Made by a program: the position numbers and the translations under genes. From the NCBI GenBank assembly GCA_002633005.1, contig NMRA01000470.1, forward strand, positions 141,966 to 205,965: a stretch of DNA of 64,000 nt, read 5' to 3'. Below the pieces are notes generated by a model. It was not told where the DNA came from. It searched no databases and was given only the letters and a program-made list of their open reading frames with translations. The stretch's first letter is position 1. Every line of letters begins with the position of its first letter. This document shows positions 12,898-26,208 of this stretch, one piece after another. This stretch comes from Phoronis australis. Taxonomy: Eukaryota; Animalia; Phoronida.

Positions 12898-14111
12898 GGA
12901 TTGTTCTAAAACCGCCTCGAACCCCAAACCCCACGTCCCCCTCGAGCCACGATCCCTGGCCGACGATCCCTCGACCCAGTCTGCACAAGCTCGACTGGAT
13001 TTGAACATAGAAAAAGTGCTGACTTGCAGGACCAACGAGTCTGGTCGTGAGCTCGCCTGGCTTTTCTTTGTCTTTTTGCAATTCGGCAACTTTGAAAGCC
13101 AAAAACAGAAAACCGTAACCAAATCAAATCAAAGATCTACCAACGTACCTTCTGACACAGCGCCACCTATACTGAAAAAGGGCCCTGTGGAAATATGATG
13201 ATCGACTCATGGAATTCCGTGTGTGGGCATCAGTGCGCATGCCTTGGTCGGAAGTGGACTTTTTACATCGCCACCACTTCCACACGCCTTTATGCTCTTA
13301 CTTGTTTGGGCTTAAGGCACTGGATCGGGTTTCCTTGATTTTGTTTACTTCGATCACTGCCTGTTTTAATAAAATGCAACTATTCAAGTTATAGGTGGTC
13401 GCCATACTACGTAAGCCTACGTAACAGTAAACTGAAAGGGGTTTCCCAGGTTCCAACCAATGGGAATAAGTGAAGTTTATGACGTCGGTTTCATTACTTA
13501 CAACCAATGAGAAGCCATGTTAAACAACATTGGCAGTGCTACCTGAAAGAGTGTACTACCAACTTTACAAATTTTCCCGTCCTCGGCAGAGTGTAATCGT
13601 CTCGTCTGAACTTCAGTGAATGGTACATTCGAGTTATTTATAAGAGAGTGCGAAAAGGCTAAGAAAATGTAATTTTTTAAGTAAATACAGTTTGAAAAAA
13701 CAAAATGTTAACTAAAAATCATCTCAAACTTACATGTGGTATTGTAAACGAGTATACGACGGAAAGCAAATAATAAAAATGCGAAGTTATTTGTATTCGA
13801 GTTACATGTAACGTACCCTCTCCCTAAGTTTAGTAGAACCACGGTAAAACATGGCCATCGGTAGCCGCTCGTGGAAATAATTCCGTGACAACGATAACAC
13901 GCTCAAAATTTGCTATTTCAGACCATGTTCTTAAGCTACTTTCTGTTTTAACAACTAGCCTTGAGCCAGAGCACACTCAAGTACAGGCAAGTCTTGTGTC
14001 ACTCAGCGACGTAATGTATAAAAAGCGTAAATACATCTATTGCTGTAGGTCGTGGGTCGACGGGGTTGTGGGTCGTGGGGTGTGGGGGTCGAGGGTGTTC
14101 TAGAACAATCC
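12898..14111. mobile_element. TIR element or pair of opposed MITE halves
   Basis: ggattgttctaaaac..cctcgaacccc / gggggtcgagggtgttctagaacaatcc; short ccacgac-type subrepeats; no clear TSD. Confidence 0.6.
13149..13542 (-). pseudogene. Possible eroded Ig-like exon lying between inverted repeats
   Basis: ctctttcag acceptor and AG|GTACGT donor 394 nt apart; LEPGKPLSVYCYV resembles an Ig B strand; in-frame stops. Confidence 0.3.
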
Positions 14112-14402
14112 CTCATTTTAGCTGAGTTTAGAGTGGGAAAAACAATTTGCTTGAGCTACTAGGCTACTTAAAAGTATTCCATGCTGGAAAGTGACAGTCC
14201 ATTGCAACTTTAGATGGTGTTTCAGTACTAGCCAGACACGTGTTCTGGTAAGGTGGTAAGATTTTCGCATGGGCACACTTACAGTTTACTATTCACAAAT
14301 GACCAAAACAACAAGCACCAAAATGGTTTATCGACTTTCAAGAACCCATTTGTGAAAGTTGTGCCAAACACGATTAGAGTGAACATTATAAGGATTATAT
14401 AC

Positions 14403-14759
14403 CTGTTACGTCCAGCGACATGGTTTCTGTTGCCACCAACTCAGCATTTTTGTTATTTTTGGCCACGCAAACAAGATTGCCGCCGTGATAAAGAAATGTC
14501 ACAAGCACGGACGCCGTAGCTTCGTTTTTATTTTCATTTTTGATGGTGACCAGATCGAATGTCTTAAAGTCGGCAATATCTCCGCGACGCGACACGACAT
14601 TTATGAATATATCTGAACCTTTGTTGGCCACTCCGGATGTACACGTGACGTTAAGTAGTGTGTCGTTGGTTATCACTATTGTTTCGCTGGCGTTTGGTTT
14701 GTACTCGTAACTTCCAGCGAGTGTCATGTCTACTGTCCACGGGCCGCGCGGAGCACCGT
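14403..14759 (-). CDS. Ig exon 15 (357 nt): GAPRGPWTVDM..VTCTSGVANKG..HGGNLVCVAKN..SLDVT
   Basis: ttacag|ACGGTGCT acceptor; ACA G|GTATAT donor. Confidence 0.87.
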
Positions 14760-14942
14760 CTGTAAAGTATGAACTCAGTCAGAGTGACAACAGAAGTCGC
14801 AAAAATGAATGAGCTTTCGCATACAGTGCCTCAAGTCTGTCAAGTCATTTAGCCTACAAAAGAAATGTCCTTACTGTGCATGTCACCATCATGTTTTCAA
14901 TTGTCAGTTTAATGGGTTTAGAAGATATTAAAATGTGTGCAC

Positions 14943-15275
14943 CTTTGACCTCGACACTTATTGACGTCCATGCTTTATTAGATTTGGCCAAGCTGTTTGT
15001 TGCGTTGCACCTTACGAAACTTAAGTCATAGTCTCGTTCCATTATTATGGTAAAAACACCTATTCGCGAGAGACCAATTTGGTCTTGACTCTTCTCATTG
15101 AATATTTCGACGTGTCCGTCTTTCTTGATCACTTCTAACGAGAACAAAACTGGCTGCAATACTTTATCTGTGATGCACCGGAAGGTAATCTTTTCGGCCA
15201 GAGTAGTTAAACATGCGTTCCCACGACCACGGCGTCCCCCAAGACAATAGAGAGCTGTTATTGCAGTCGGACCCA
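14943..15275 (-). CDS. Ig exon 14 (333 nt): GPTAITAL..FRCITDKVLQP..VRCNATN..SVEVK
   Basis: tttcag|TGGGTCCG acceptor; AAA G|GTGCAC donor (weak consensus). Confidence 0.85.
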
Positions 15276-15361
15276 CTGAAACGTGCAAGAAGAACTTACT
15301 GACTGCTAGTACGGCATGCATAGACGTAGCGTTGGGTTTCATGCAAGAGACTCCACATGAA

Positions 15362-16152
15362 GGTTTATAATGGGGCACTATTCTGAAAGCCCACTTCTCT
15401 GAGGGCCCACTACTCCGAAAAAACCACTACTCCGAACGCCCACTGCTCCGAAGACCTACTACTCTTAAAAACCCATCACCACAAAATGTTTTTTTTAATT
15501 TGTTTAATTTTTTCACTCGACGTTCATAAATTTTCTCTCATTTCACGAATGGGTTAATAATTTGTTACTTAGTATCGAAATGCCCACACAAAAAAAATAA
15601 AATTTGGACTATGACGTCCAAGGACTTGTTTCTGTTCTCCGTGATGGCAAGTAGCCCCATATGTTGATAAATTTAAACCGGCTTGACATGTTTCGGTTAT
15701 TAAAACACCATCTTCAGAACCAAAAACAATGGCCACCTCGCTAGGCCCTACAAAAAGTAATGATACACAGACATAGTCAGTTACAGAGAGTGTAACAGTA
15801 GATTAGACTAACAATGACAACCTGTGGTCGGCCAGTTGTTTTTGCTTCTGCGGATGGTGTTTTAATAAACGCTGAAATATGTCAAGTGGGTTTAAAGCCA
15901 TCGTTGTTTTCATCAACATGTCTCTGCTTTCTACTGTCTTTGTAATTAAAGACTATTGTATGGTGTCTTCTTCGAAGTTCGTTTGACTTAAAGAAAGTGC
16001 ACCATACTAATCATGTAAAGTGGCACAAATGCGGTTCATATTTGGAGGAGGCGTGGGTTTCTTCGGGGTAATGCTTTTTTTCCTAGTGGTGGGCCTTCGG
16101 AGTAGCGGGTTTTCTCGGAGTAGTGGGCCTTCGGAATAGTGAGCTGTAACCA
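15362..16152. mobile_element. MITE with ~17-bp subterminal tandem repeats
   Basis: (cccactactccgaa)n at 15375-15465 and its reverse complement at 16060-16150. Confidence 0.75.
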
Positions 16153-16247
16153 TTAATCTTACGTAGGACCTTACAAATATTTCTGAATATTTATTCAAAT
16201 ATCTGCGAAATTGTAAGACGGTTACGATTAGCTTCTGAAAAACCTAC

Positions 16248-16583
16248 CTATTACGTTCACTACAAAAGAAGCATTAACAGTTAAAAAATTGGTCTGTAAA
16301 TTGGATGCCGAACAAGTGATCACAAGTCCATGCTCGGATTCACCAAGGAATACGTGACTACTTGTTCTGAATGTCCTGTTCTTCATTTCTTGTATCCTGC
16401 TTCTTGGCAACGGGTAAGACAGACCACGTGACGGTTTGTAAGCGTAGATGACCATACTGACACCGTTCTTTGCATAATCTGTCAAACACTCAATCTGCAC
16501 CTCTCTATCATTATTAATGTGTATCACACTGTCGCGAATAGCGGGTCCGCCGTTCTGAGAAATAGTAACAGCTGTCGGTCCCA
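16248..16583 (-). CDS. Ig exon 13 (336 nt): GPTAVTIS..IECLTDYAKNG..EHGLVITCSASN..VVNVI
   Basis: tttcag|TGGGACCG acceptor; ATA G|GTAGGT donor. Confidence 0.9.
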
Positions 16584-17477
16584 CTGAAAAATGAAAGTCA
16601 ATTCTTATGTTTTCGAATGCTTTTATGGTATGCATATTAACACCGTGGCATGTACATGTACACCATTAGGAATCCAAGATACAACAGCGTTCACAATGGA
16701 AACTTTAGGGAAACGGGGTATATTGGGACTGCGGATAAATAAGATAAATAGGATCATTCCCAGTACACATAAACTAATGATGACTAGTCAGTTTCAACAC
16801 TTTCAAAACCAAGCTAAGACGGCCGGTGATAAGACACGCGGCAAGAAATAAGACACATATCGAAGACTGTTTAATCTTAAGACACTTGCATCAACCATAT
16901 AGCTTGCATTTTTGAAACGATAATGCAGTAGAAATTTAATAGAAATGTATTCTTATCTTTCAGTCAGTTGAGGGAACGTTGGGCGGTACGAAAAAGCTTT
17001 TAAGCGCCATTACACCGGTGCTTTCTGTCAAAAAACAAGTTTTGATCTAGAGCACTTAAGGTCATAATAATTACGATGGGACAGTGGTGCCAGAGTTTTG
17101 CAAAATAACGTATGCAAGACAGAAAGCCAACACGTTACTTAGGTCTTCAACAGGCCTATTGCAGCAGGCACTGTGCTTTATTTTCAGTGGCCATACTCAG
17201 GAAGTCTACTAGCCTGCTTGAGGAATTTTGCAAGTGTTTTTAAATACTTAAACTAAAAATGCTTTTGTTAGACAGTCTCTACTGAAACTGCTTTACTTCC
17301 AAAGCATTCTTATCTAATGATTTGATTAGTGAAGCACATGGTGCTCTGGTCATCTCAATAGGTGCAATTGATCGCGCTTTCTCCTAACTTAAACATTTTG
17401 GTGCGCTACGTTTGGAAAAGAACACTGAATCGACTACGAGATGTCCATAAGAAATATATGGATTTGAGATGTATTAC

Positions 17478-17804
17478 CTAAGACGTCTAAAGATATCGTT
17501 AGAGTAGTATTGACTCTCGGCTGCTGGGAATTTCGTGCTGAGCAAGTTACATTAGCACCTGCGTGTTTAGAGGTTATTTTGAACTGGTGGCTAGCTTTAT
17601 AAGTAGCCTCGCCCAGCGGCCGCACGAGAGGCTGTGGTTGCAAAGTTCCTTCCGTCATCGATAACTCGTAACCAAATTCCACGGCTGGCGAGGTTGGGTC
17701 TGTTATACAGTGCACAGTAAAGTAACTTGTTTCGGGAACGGCGCATACCAAATGTGTACAGTTGTAATATCCCGAGTATTCGTATCTGATTGACTTTGGC
17801 CCAT
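17478..17804 (-). CDS. Ig exon 12 (327 nt): GPKSIRYE..VHCITDPTSP..HAGANVTCSARN..SLDVL
   Basis: atacag|ATGGGCCA acceptor; TTA G|GTAATA donor. Confidence 0.9.
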
Positions 17805-19735
17805 CTGTATTTGACAAAATAAATAATCGATATCCAATGAACGATGACCATACATGTATTCTTTCAACGTTAAACAGCCAAGGAAACATGAACCTCTTTG
17901 GGCCGTCAGGGACGAAACTATCAAGAATGTACTGAATGGGTTCCCCTCTTGCAGCCGCAGAAGATCAAAGTCGTGCATTACATAGAGCTTTGACACCAGC
18001 ATTGGTAGCGGCAGTAAGTGGCACTGACCGACTGGAGACACAACTGCTGTTCCAGGGTGCAAGTGGCTCCCATAGTGGATCAAACTTAGGCCCTCCAAAA
18101 TTTTGTTTGTGACATCATTCCCAGACAACTAAATTATTCTTACACTGGGGGCTGATCGGTGAGTCGCTTTTGATTGTAGATCGATGATGACAATTTCCAG
18201 AAAATTGTTTTAATTCGTGTCTACTTTGTGTACAAAATTCTGGGGCTTGACCTTACCTATTTCTCTATAAGCAGCTAATACGTGTAATTATAAACCGAAG
18301 TCGCGCTGTTCGACGTAGGCCTATCCCACGTTAAATACAACAACCGAAAGTTCGGTTGTTCACAATTAATTAATAAAAACACCTCTAGTATGCAATTTGC
18401 ATCTCGGTGACATACCTTGATCTCAACAAAATTCATTTCAATTGCGGCGTGTAAGTCATTTGCAAGTTAAAAATACTTTTTCCTTTTCATTCTCCAGTTT
18501 ACAACACGGGGAGTTTCGCCAATCGAAAAATATCACTAAAATGTGAACATTTTGTATCTTTCAGCACTGCTTGTGTTTGCCTTATTATACAATGAATTGT
18601 TTCAATTTTGTAAAAAGTGGGCGGGACTTCGCAGAAACATAGTTATATGTGGCGCCCGTTGAGGGAGTAGTCATGAAGCATGAGTAAGCTGTCACGGCTG
18701 ATGTATTATGTAATGGGGGTATAACAAAAATTAAAATTATACTAAAAATTCAGTACAGTTAAAAATGTTTGGAGTTGTGTTGAATGAGCGTTAAGTGAGC
18801 TTAAGTTTCGACTGAACTAAATTTGCATTAAACGAAATTTTGACTAAAATGAAGAGGAAGGGTACTTTAAGAATCGCTGCATGAGAAACTCGAGCACAGT
18901 GAATATTCTGCAAACATGGTGTGTCGCAGCAAACGATTTCTCTACTCTACAGTTTTTCATGAGTTAATCCATCTTCGAAAATGACATTATTTGTCATTTC
19001 ATTTCGTTGTTTTTCAAAAAGTTGAATCAGACTTTTTAATCATTTTTCACTCAATCTAAGATCAGTTACTGCTGTAAGCTCGACCAACTTAAAGGCAGCG
19101 TAAAGTAAGCCAACCTTTTAGATATGTTAAATACGCGTACTTTTGTGCAGCATATCTTTATTTCGTTTTATTCCACATAACCACTAATTAAATCCTACAC
19201 ATTTTATGCCCCCCATATTACGTGCCCCAATCAGAAACCCCTCTCATTTTCTTGACCTATCACAATCGACTGGTTTATTGACATCATCTTTGTGACCAGC
19301 ACATTACCGCACTAACCACAGCCTGAACAGCTGATCGCCTGCCAAATATTAAGTACACTCTAGGAACGTCACCAATTAGAAACATCACCGACGTTCGGCA
19401 TCAGTGTCGATTGATAACGCGATTACTAACCAAAACAATCGTGTCAGGCAACGCACCTTTCTAACCCAACACAATGAACAACCATCGGCGGATTTAGGGG
19501 GGCCCAGCTTTCCGAAAAAACGAGAGTTCTTAACTGAAACCGTTGATGTTGTCCATCACTCTAAACATGCAATTGGTTATATGTCATGTTCATGTTTAAA
19601 TAACTTTCTCTTGTCGTAATTATAAAAGCTTTCGGTTGGTGTAAAACAAGTCTTGATTTTAAGCCTAAACCTAGTTTTATATATAATTTACTAATGTCAC
19701 TAAAGTTAATCCTGGACGTTTCCGGGAATACATAC

Positions 19736-20050
19736 ATGCAGCCCTGAGTTCAAACTCAGATTCCACAGGGACGATGGCAGGATCAGAATTTTTGGCTACG
19801 CACTTGACGAAGGTCTGGTCGTCATTTCTGTTGACTACAAATTGAAGTGTAGAATTCACAGCAAACCCAGTCAGCTGTCCACTTTTCAATGCGTACACCG
19901 AAGAATCGAATGTCTTGTTAGTCAATGTCGGATGCGACCACGAAACGGAGGCATTTGGAAACATAATGTCTGACGCGCAAAGCAGCCTCACTTCGTCTCC
20001 CTCGGCAGGATAGTGTGCAGATGACGTCACAGTGACCGTGTCAGGTCCGA
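19736..20050 (-). CDS. Ig exon 11 (315 nt): GPDTVTVT..LLCASDIMFPNASVSW..STLQFVVNRNDDQTFVKCVAKN..ELRAA
   Basis: tttcag|TCGGACCT acceptor; GCA T|GTATGT donor. Confidence 0.9.
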
Positions 20051-20399
20051 CTGAAATTGCAAGGATTAAGCATGACTGGAACACAATATGAAACACTTGC
20101 CTTATTGATAAATGACCAATTGTTACAATGACAATGGCTTTAAGGGCTAAATAGGACTGTTTAGTTGACTGTGTGCATGAATCATAAAGTACAACATCCC
20201 AAAAACTCATGTACAGTTGTATTTAAATGAATAACAGAAACAGCAAAACTATGCCATATTTCAGTAGCCTTTTAAAGGGTGAGACGTGGATCCCAATCCT
20301 TGAATGAAAGCTGAAGTACCGTATTCAGATATTGGCAACCAAAATCATCAGCCTTCTAAAATTTTCAAGTCCACCAAAATCTTCAAGTATAACCCATGG

Positions 20400-20790
20400 T
20401 CTGTGCCCAACACACGTACACACATTAGCTCACGATTAGTCGAATGTTGAAAATAGTATATTTGCGCTCTAAAACTGCGTCGTAAATGAACATCGCGGCA
20501 TCATTCAGTTGCACCTATATCATGCAAGTCTGACATATTTAACAGTATTAAACTGGGGTCTAACCAAGTTAAATCTGGTTTAAGACCTTAATACAGGTCT
20601 AAGGAATATACACCTCGTTGGTGAAATGAAAGCTGAATTAGACCAGGCCTAAACTGGAGTTAAACCAGGTTTTACTAGGCCAATGGTCTAAAAGTTAAAC
20701 CACTTTTAGGAAATTCAGATTATCTTTAAACCTGGTTTAAGTCCAGTTTAATCTACGTTTAACTTTAAACCACCTTCATGAAATCGGCTG
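20400..20790 (+). mobile_element. Right-end fragment of the Harbinger family at 830-4919
   Basis: Close similarity to about 4110-4150 and 4570-4918, ending ttaaaccaccttcatgaaatcggct. Confidence 0.8.
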
Positions 20791-20999
20791 CTAGAGTTCT
20801 TCAGCTAAAGGAGATTGCGCTCCACGCCACGACACTACCTCCATTACATGGTGTCACGCGTGTAATGCAACAGTTTGCAAATCTTTTGCCTCGCCGTCTT
20901 CACACGGTCTTGTGCCTATCCATGGACCGTGAACAAAAACGAGACTCGTCAGAGAGCACCATGGTCCTCAACTGTTGCTGGTTCCAGCGAACGTGTTGT

Positions 21000-22160
21000 C
21001 TACATCATCTCATTCGGGTGAATCGTCAATTCTGTGCTAACCGCCCGCGGTGTTAGCAGCACCTGCTGCGGCAGATATCCATGAGCACCAGCACAATCTC
21101 CGTGCACCAAAGTTGTGGGACGGAGTGGGCGCAAGTTTCTGAAAAGCCCTCTTGCATGTGGAGGTAATTTTTTCCAGCCCTTCAATGGTGACTGCATGGA
21201 GAGGTGATTCTTGGCTTGGATGACTTGTTACGATAACCGCCTGCTCTAGGGCCTGGTGTTCCCGATGCATGGTACGCCTATCAGGGGACGGAATGCAGCT
21301 GCTGGTGTTGACTTGGGACAACCAGCAATGATACGGAGGCAAGTGTTCTGTAGCCGTTCAAGTCTACCAATTTGGTTTTGACTAACGCGGACCATGTGGA
21401 GGGCGTAATCTACCACAGTCAAGGCTCTTGAAAAGCTCCTTTGCCTTTCTGCCAGGTGTGGCACGAAGAGCAGGGATCCCTCGACTGGCTCGATTGATGA
21501 CTGGTGTCTGAGTGTCTCAGATGGCAAGATTGGAATTTCAACGTAAACAGGGAGATGGACATTTGAGGCGATTGCCCAAGATGCACAGCAAAGCCTCGCA
21601 TTTCTCACCATTGCAACTTGTACCATTACAAGAGTAGTAGTTTTTGTTACCTGTCAGTATTGGCTGAGTCCTCTCAATGAGTTGTTGGGGTTAACTGTAC
21701 ACCGCGCATGTTATGCTGTCATCGGCGAAGGTCCAGAGCCTGCAGTCGGTTATTCAAGGGCAGAGTATAGATATTGAAAAACACAGGGGATAGAGGAGAT
21801 TCCTGGAGAAGGTCGAGGTTGATGCTGATCCAGTCAAAGCGCCAGGACTTATGTTTTAGCATGCAGATAAGACCCAACGACCGAAGATAGCAAAGATGTC
21901 AAGGTGTAACATGCCATCAACAAGAACAGGGAGGCGGACAGAGTTGTAGTCACACTCAAGATCAAGTCCTACAAGCAGGACCTTCTTATGGTTTTCAAAT
22001 CTTTCCAGATATTTGCAGAGACGCTGCATTAGCCCAAATATTACGTTGCGGGCGATATGCCTCCCTGCCATTAGGGAACCAGGCTTCCATTAGTCTTGAA
22101 ATCCGGCGAGCGATGATTTTCTCTGGGATCTTACCCAGGTTTTGCATGACGATGACGCGA
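21000..22160 (-). mobile_element. Decayed LINE reverse transcriptase (I-group-like)
   Basis: Fragments GLDLECDYNSV, QESPLSPVFFNIY, TFADD, VVDYAL..RLERLQNTCLRIIAGCP. Confidence 0.8.
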
Positions 22161-23237
22161 TACTCAAGTTTACATAAAAAGAACCAAAATGGTAATCAAA
22201 AACAAACAAACAAAGAAACAACGCATTTACGCTCATGGTGATGTCAATACGTTTTCAAGGACAACATGGTCGGCATTCAGGAATCGTTCATGAACTCACA
22301 CAACAGGAACTCAGGTCACGGAAAGAGACGTGAATAGTCGATGATTTTCTGATCTCGGCCGACGTACAAAATTGTGCTACAAACGCTTTTAGTCTGATAA
22401 CAGAAAGGATGTGAACATTACGCTATGTTACATGTTACTTAATTTGGTACATATTTTTAATTTTTTAACAAGAATCCCCTTAGATAAGGACTTTTTAAAG
22501 TTTTAAAAAACAACAACGGCAACAATTCATTTACAAGGGCAATTACAACGCAAGTACCATGGTAATGGGAATACTATTTAGAATAACAATATTTATTGCA
22601 TGTGAAGTTCTACCGTGAGAATAAAAGTTATGAACAATGTCTTTAGTAACATTTTAGGCCTATATTAAATGATAATTTGGGATAGGTGTGTGAACTCCGA
22701 ACTGCTACATCTCGAAACTTTGTTTTTATTTTAAAATGGAGTTAAATTTGACTGTTTATTTTTGTGCGCTCGGGGGGGGCCTATTTTGGTTGATGTGATG
22801 AATGTCTCGTCCTAGATAGCATAGATAACTCAAAATTTTGGTTAAAAAATCACTTACGTCAACCATAATATAGATGTAACCGAGCGCAGTGATAGACACT
22901 AAGCTATGGTGAATTCTATAATACCAAGGAAATGTCAAAAATAACTTGTAGTTGTTGTTAAATTAAACACAGGCCCTAGTGATTTCCTGTAAGTGTTCTT
23001 TTGCAGATTCCTCAAAATCTCTGCCACCCTATGAGCCGTGACTAATAGGTATGCACGAATATGTCAAAGTTATTGGACCAATGATTCGAGGTCCCATACT
23101 TGATATTCACAACGATAAACATGAGGTCGGACAGAGCAAAATTTGCGTTAACCAAAAAACCAATGCTTTTTGCAACATCGTGGAAACAGTGGGCCTAATT
23201 TTGTTTTTAGGACTTTGAAATAAATTGCTATACTTAC

Positions 23238-23582
23238 ATATAATCTCTATAGTAAACTCCTTGCTCTGTGTCAATGTCGGTTCTTTCTTGTTGACTGCCT
23301 TACATTGTATGACGTCCTTATGGAATCTTTTACTCGTCACGAAAGAGATGCGATTCTTGCAAGTGATTACGTTTTCCGCTTCCGAGCAGGAACTTCTAGA
23401 TTTGTTGTACTTGCTGCTAAAATTCTGATTCGATACGATTTTCCAAGTGACTTCTGCGCCAGGGTTAACTTTGGCAGTTGCGCACTCCATTGTCACGGGA
23501 TGTCCCTCTAGAAATCGGAGTGTTTTCTCGCTTATTGCTTGTTTCAGTGAAATATCTTGGACAGTTACAAAATCTGGTCCAT
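23238..23582 (-). CDS. Ig exon 10 (345 nt): GPDFVTVQ..MECATAKVNPGAEVTW..IQCKAVN..TIEII
   Basis: atttag|ATGGACCA acceptor; ATA T|GTAAGT donor. Confidence 0.9.
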
Positions 23583-25319
23583 CTAAATGAAGCAAAGAGG
23601 TCATGCCAATCATCTTAAGTAAGTTTGATTAACATCGTGGCATTCCATCGTGTAATACGTTGCTGCTTTACATTCATAATTGAGGAGGTTGGCTTGACTG
23701 AAAATGTCTGCATTTTAATAACAATTATGGTCTTATTATATTTATATTATACAGTACCTGGTAGCTATTGCATGCACACTGGGGAAGTTAAAGCTTTGAA
23801 ATACTATTTTGTTTACTTATGTTTATCGTATGTCAAAAAACAGCTTGATCATGAAATTCAGGACAAGGGTCTTGGATAAAAACATTTTGATTTGGTGGAA
23901 GTCATGGGACCTGATATGAGGAAGCGTGTACCTGCAAAACGGTGTCATGGGGTCATCAATTTGGAAGCACTGAGGACCTCAACATACTCAAACGCTATTG
24001 ATAACTGCTTGCACGTGTTACAATTTATCAAACGGAAATCTGTAGGCACGTCTTAACAAAGATGGGTAACCAGTGTATAACCTGAACATTGGCTTTGAGG
24101 GTTATTAGCCTTTACATTTTCGTCTGATAAAAGAACTGTTGCTAGCTGTTGTCAAAATAGAACTCATTTGGAGTGGGCTGCAAATAATTGTCCCTGTCCA
24201 GAAAGAGCATCCAGCTATGGTGAATGGAACTGAAGCAAATTTAATGGTAAACTGAAGAATGGCTTATATTCCTTGTCATTTTGTTAACAAAGTCTTGTTA
24301 AATTCGCACCCACAGTTCGTCCTCAGGAAAACTGTCATGAACAGTCAACCATGAAAAAACACTCAACACCCATACGTTCATTTTGTAAAGGAGTGAATAT
24401 GCAAGAAGCACAGGTATGTTTTTTTGAAATTAAAGTGCTATTAAGCACTACACTAATTTCTTCAGATTCTATCTTTCTAAGAATCCCATCATAGGTGTTC
24501 GATGTAGTTTTCGATTCTGACCTTCCCTTCGGATGCCAGGGGAGCAGGAAAGATGGAGCCCAAATGCGCCTGGTTTGCCATTCCCCTAAGAAAAAGTAAG
24601 CGTCTACCAGAAATGAACTTACAAGATAAATCTAAAACTGACCAGCAGACTTCCTCCATTCTGATATCTAAAATAAATTTTTGACCTAAAAGCTTATAGC
24701 AGTTATAAACCGCATTCCGTAGCACAACTATATTTTGTTTTTGACCATGTACCGCTCTAGAATTGGTATCGACGTGTTCCTTAATCACATCAGAAATAGG
24801 TTTTGGTCTTGCAAAGAACTGACAGTGCATTGTCGGTCGGGACCTTGCTGGCGCCTAAACTGGCGCGCCATGAGCAGTCAACTTGAAGTGCCTGGTACTA
24901 AGCAATAACTAACTGTTATTTCTTTCGGAGACCGGAAACCACACCTGTTTTGACTAGGGAACAATTCAAAACCAAATTTAGACATGTAACTGTAATCAAA
25001 AGTTTTGTTTCATGACGGAAGATACGCGTGTAGCCGCTTCAATAAAAACAGACTTTGACCTGCGCTTTCAATTAACACGTGTCCCATTTTTCACTAAGCC
25101 CGCCTTATGCCCATTTCGTCACCGGTGAACATTTCACTGTGGACCAGTGCAGTGTTATGCAAATTCAGTTTGTAAACTGTTATTAGTCACTTTGGCTGAA
25201 GCCGAACGTTGCTCCTGGGCTATTTGTTTTAAATCACTATATTCCTTAGTGAGAATGACAGTCAATAAACCTAGTAAACAATATAATTTTTGTGAGCGCA
25301 GAATGAGACAAATACTTAC

Positions 25320-25640
25320 ATGCTGTAGAGATGTGTATTCGGCTGTTAACGTATGCTTTCACGTTGCCACCATCGTCCAGAGCCTCACATCGTATCAGTT
25401 TACCGTCATGAAATTCGATGGGGCGGAATTGAAAATTGATCGAGTAAATCCGCGTATTTCGTTTAACTTCCACGCTCTTCACTGCTGACCGTTGCCCAAT
25501 TATGCTCGTTATCCATCTCAATCGGACAGAGGGAAATACTTCATCTGTTGCACACGTCAATGTTTGGGGAATGTAGAGTGGTATTTGAAGCTTGTCGTCT
25601 TCAACTGCCGCGCCTTTAATGACCAGCGTCGTTGGACCAT
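25320..25640 (-). CDS. Ig exon 9 (321 nt): GPTTLVIK..LTCATDEVFPSVRLRW..HDGKLIRCEAL..HISTA
   Basis: ctacag|ATGGTCCA acceptor; GCA T|GTAAGT donor. Confidence 0.9.
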
Positions 25641-26208
25641 CTGTAGTCACATCATTCAAAACAATTTACTTAAAACAAGAATATTCTCTATTGAGGTAGG
25701 AATCTGTAACGTTTCCCAAGAGGAAAGCACTGGGGGCTTTGTGTGCAGTGGTCTTGCACCGCCCCCACGTGTCATGTTCCCGGCAGTGGCGCATCAAAAT
25801 CGAAGGGAAGGATTAGGCAGCATTGTGTCGCAATCAACTGTTGCAGAAATTGACCGGGGAAATATATTTTGAGTGAGCGGATTCAGGTTATGACAATACA
25901 CTCAGAGTCAAGAAAAAAAAAACGTTTACATTAGCCGACGTAGAAAAGTCAATAAACCGGGAAATTAAAATTGTGGTACGTATCCTTTCATGTCCAATTT
26001 AACTAAACTATGAAAGCAGAGCTTTTCTGAAGAGGAGTCCAAACTTACCGCCATAACCTTAGCCTCACTTTCTTCCACACTCATATACATTAAAAACGTC
26101 TCGGGAAGTATTACGAATATCCTAATCAGGTTTCAGTTGAGTGTCTTTCATGCTCGCGTTTTCTTTTGTGAGGCGATTTCCATTCGCCATACGCATTACT
26201 ATTCTTAA

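Noticed and set aside
23860-24900. Host gene in ORF 24489..24830 and a BED-finger-like fragment near 23870-24015
   Set aside because: No splice structure or recognisable intact domain; probably decayed transposon sequence, too weak to call
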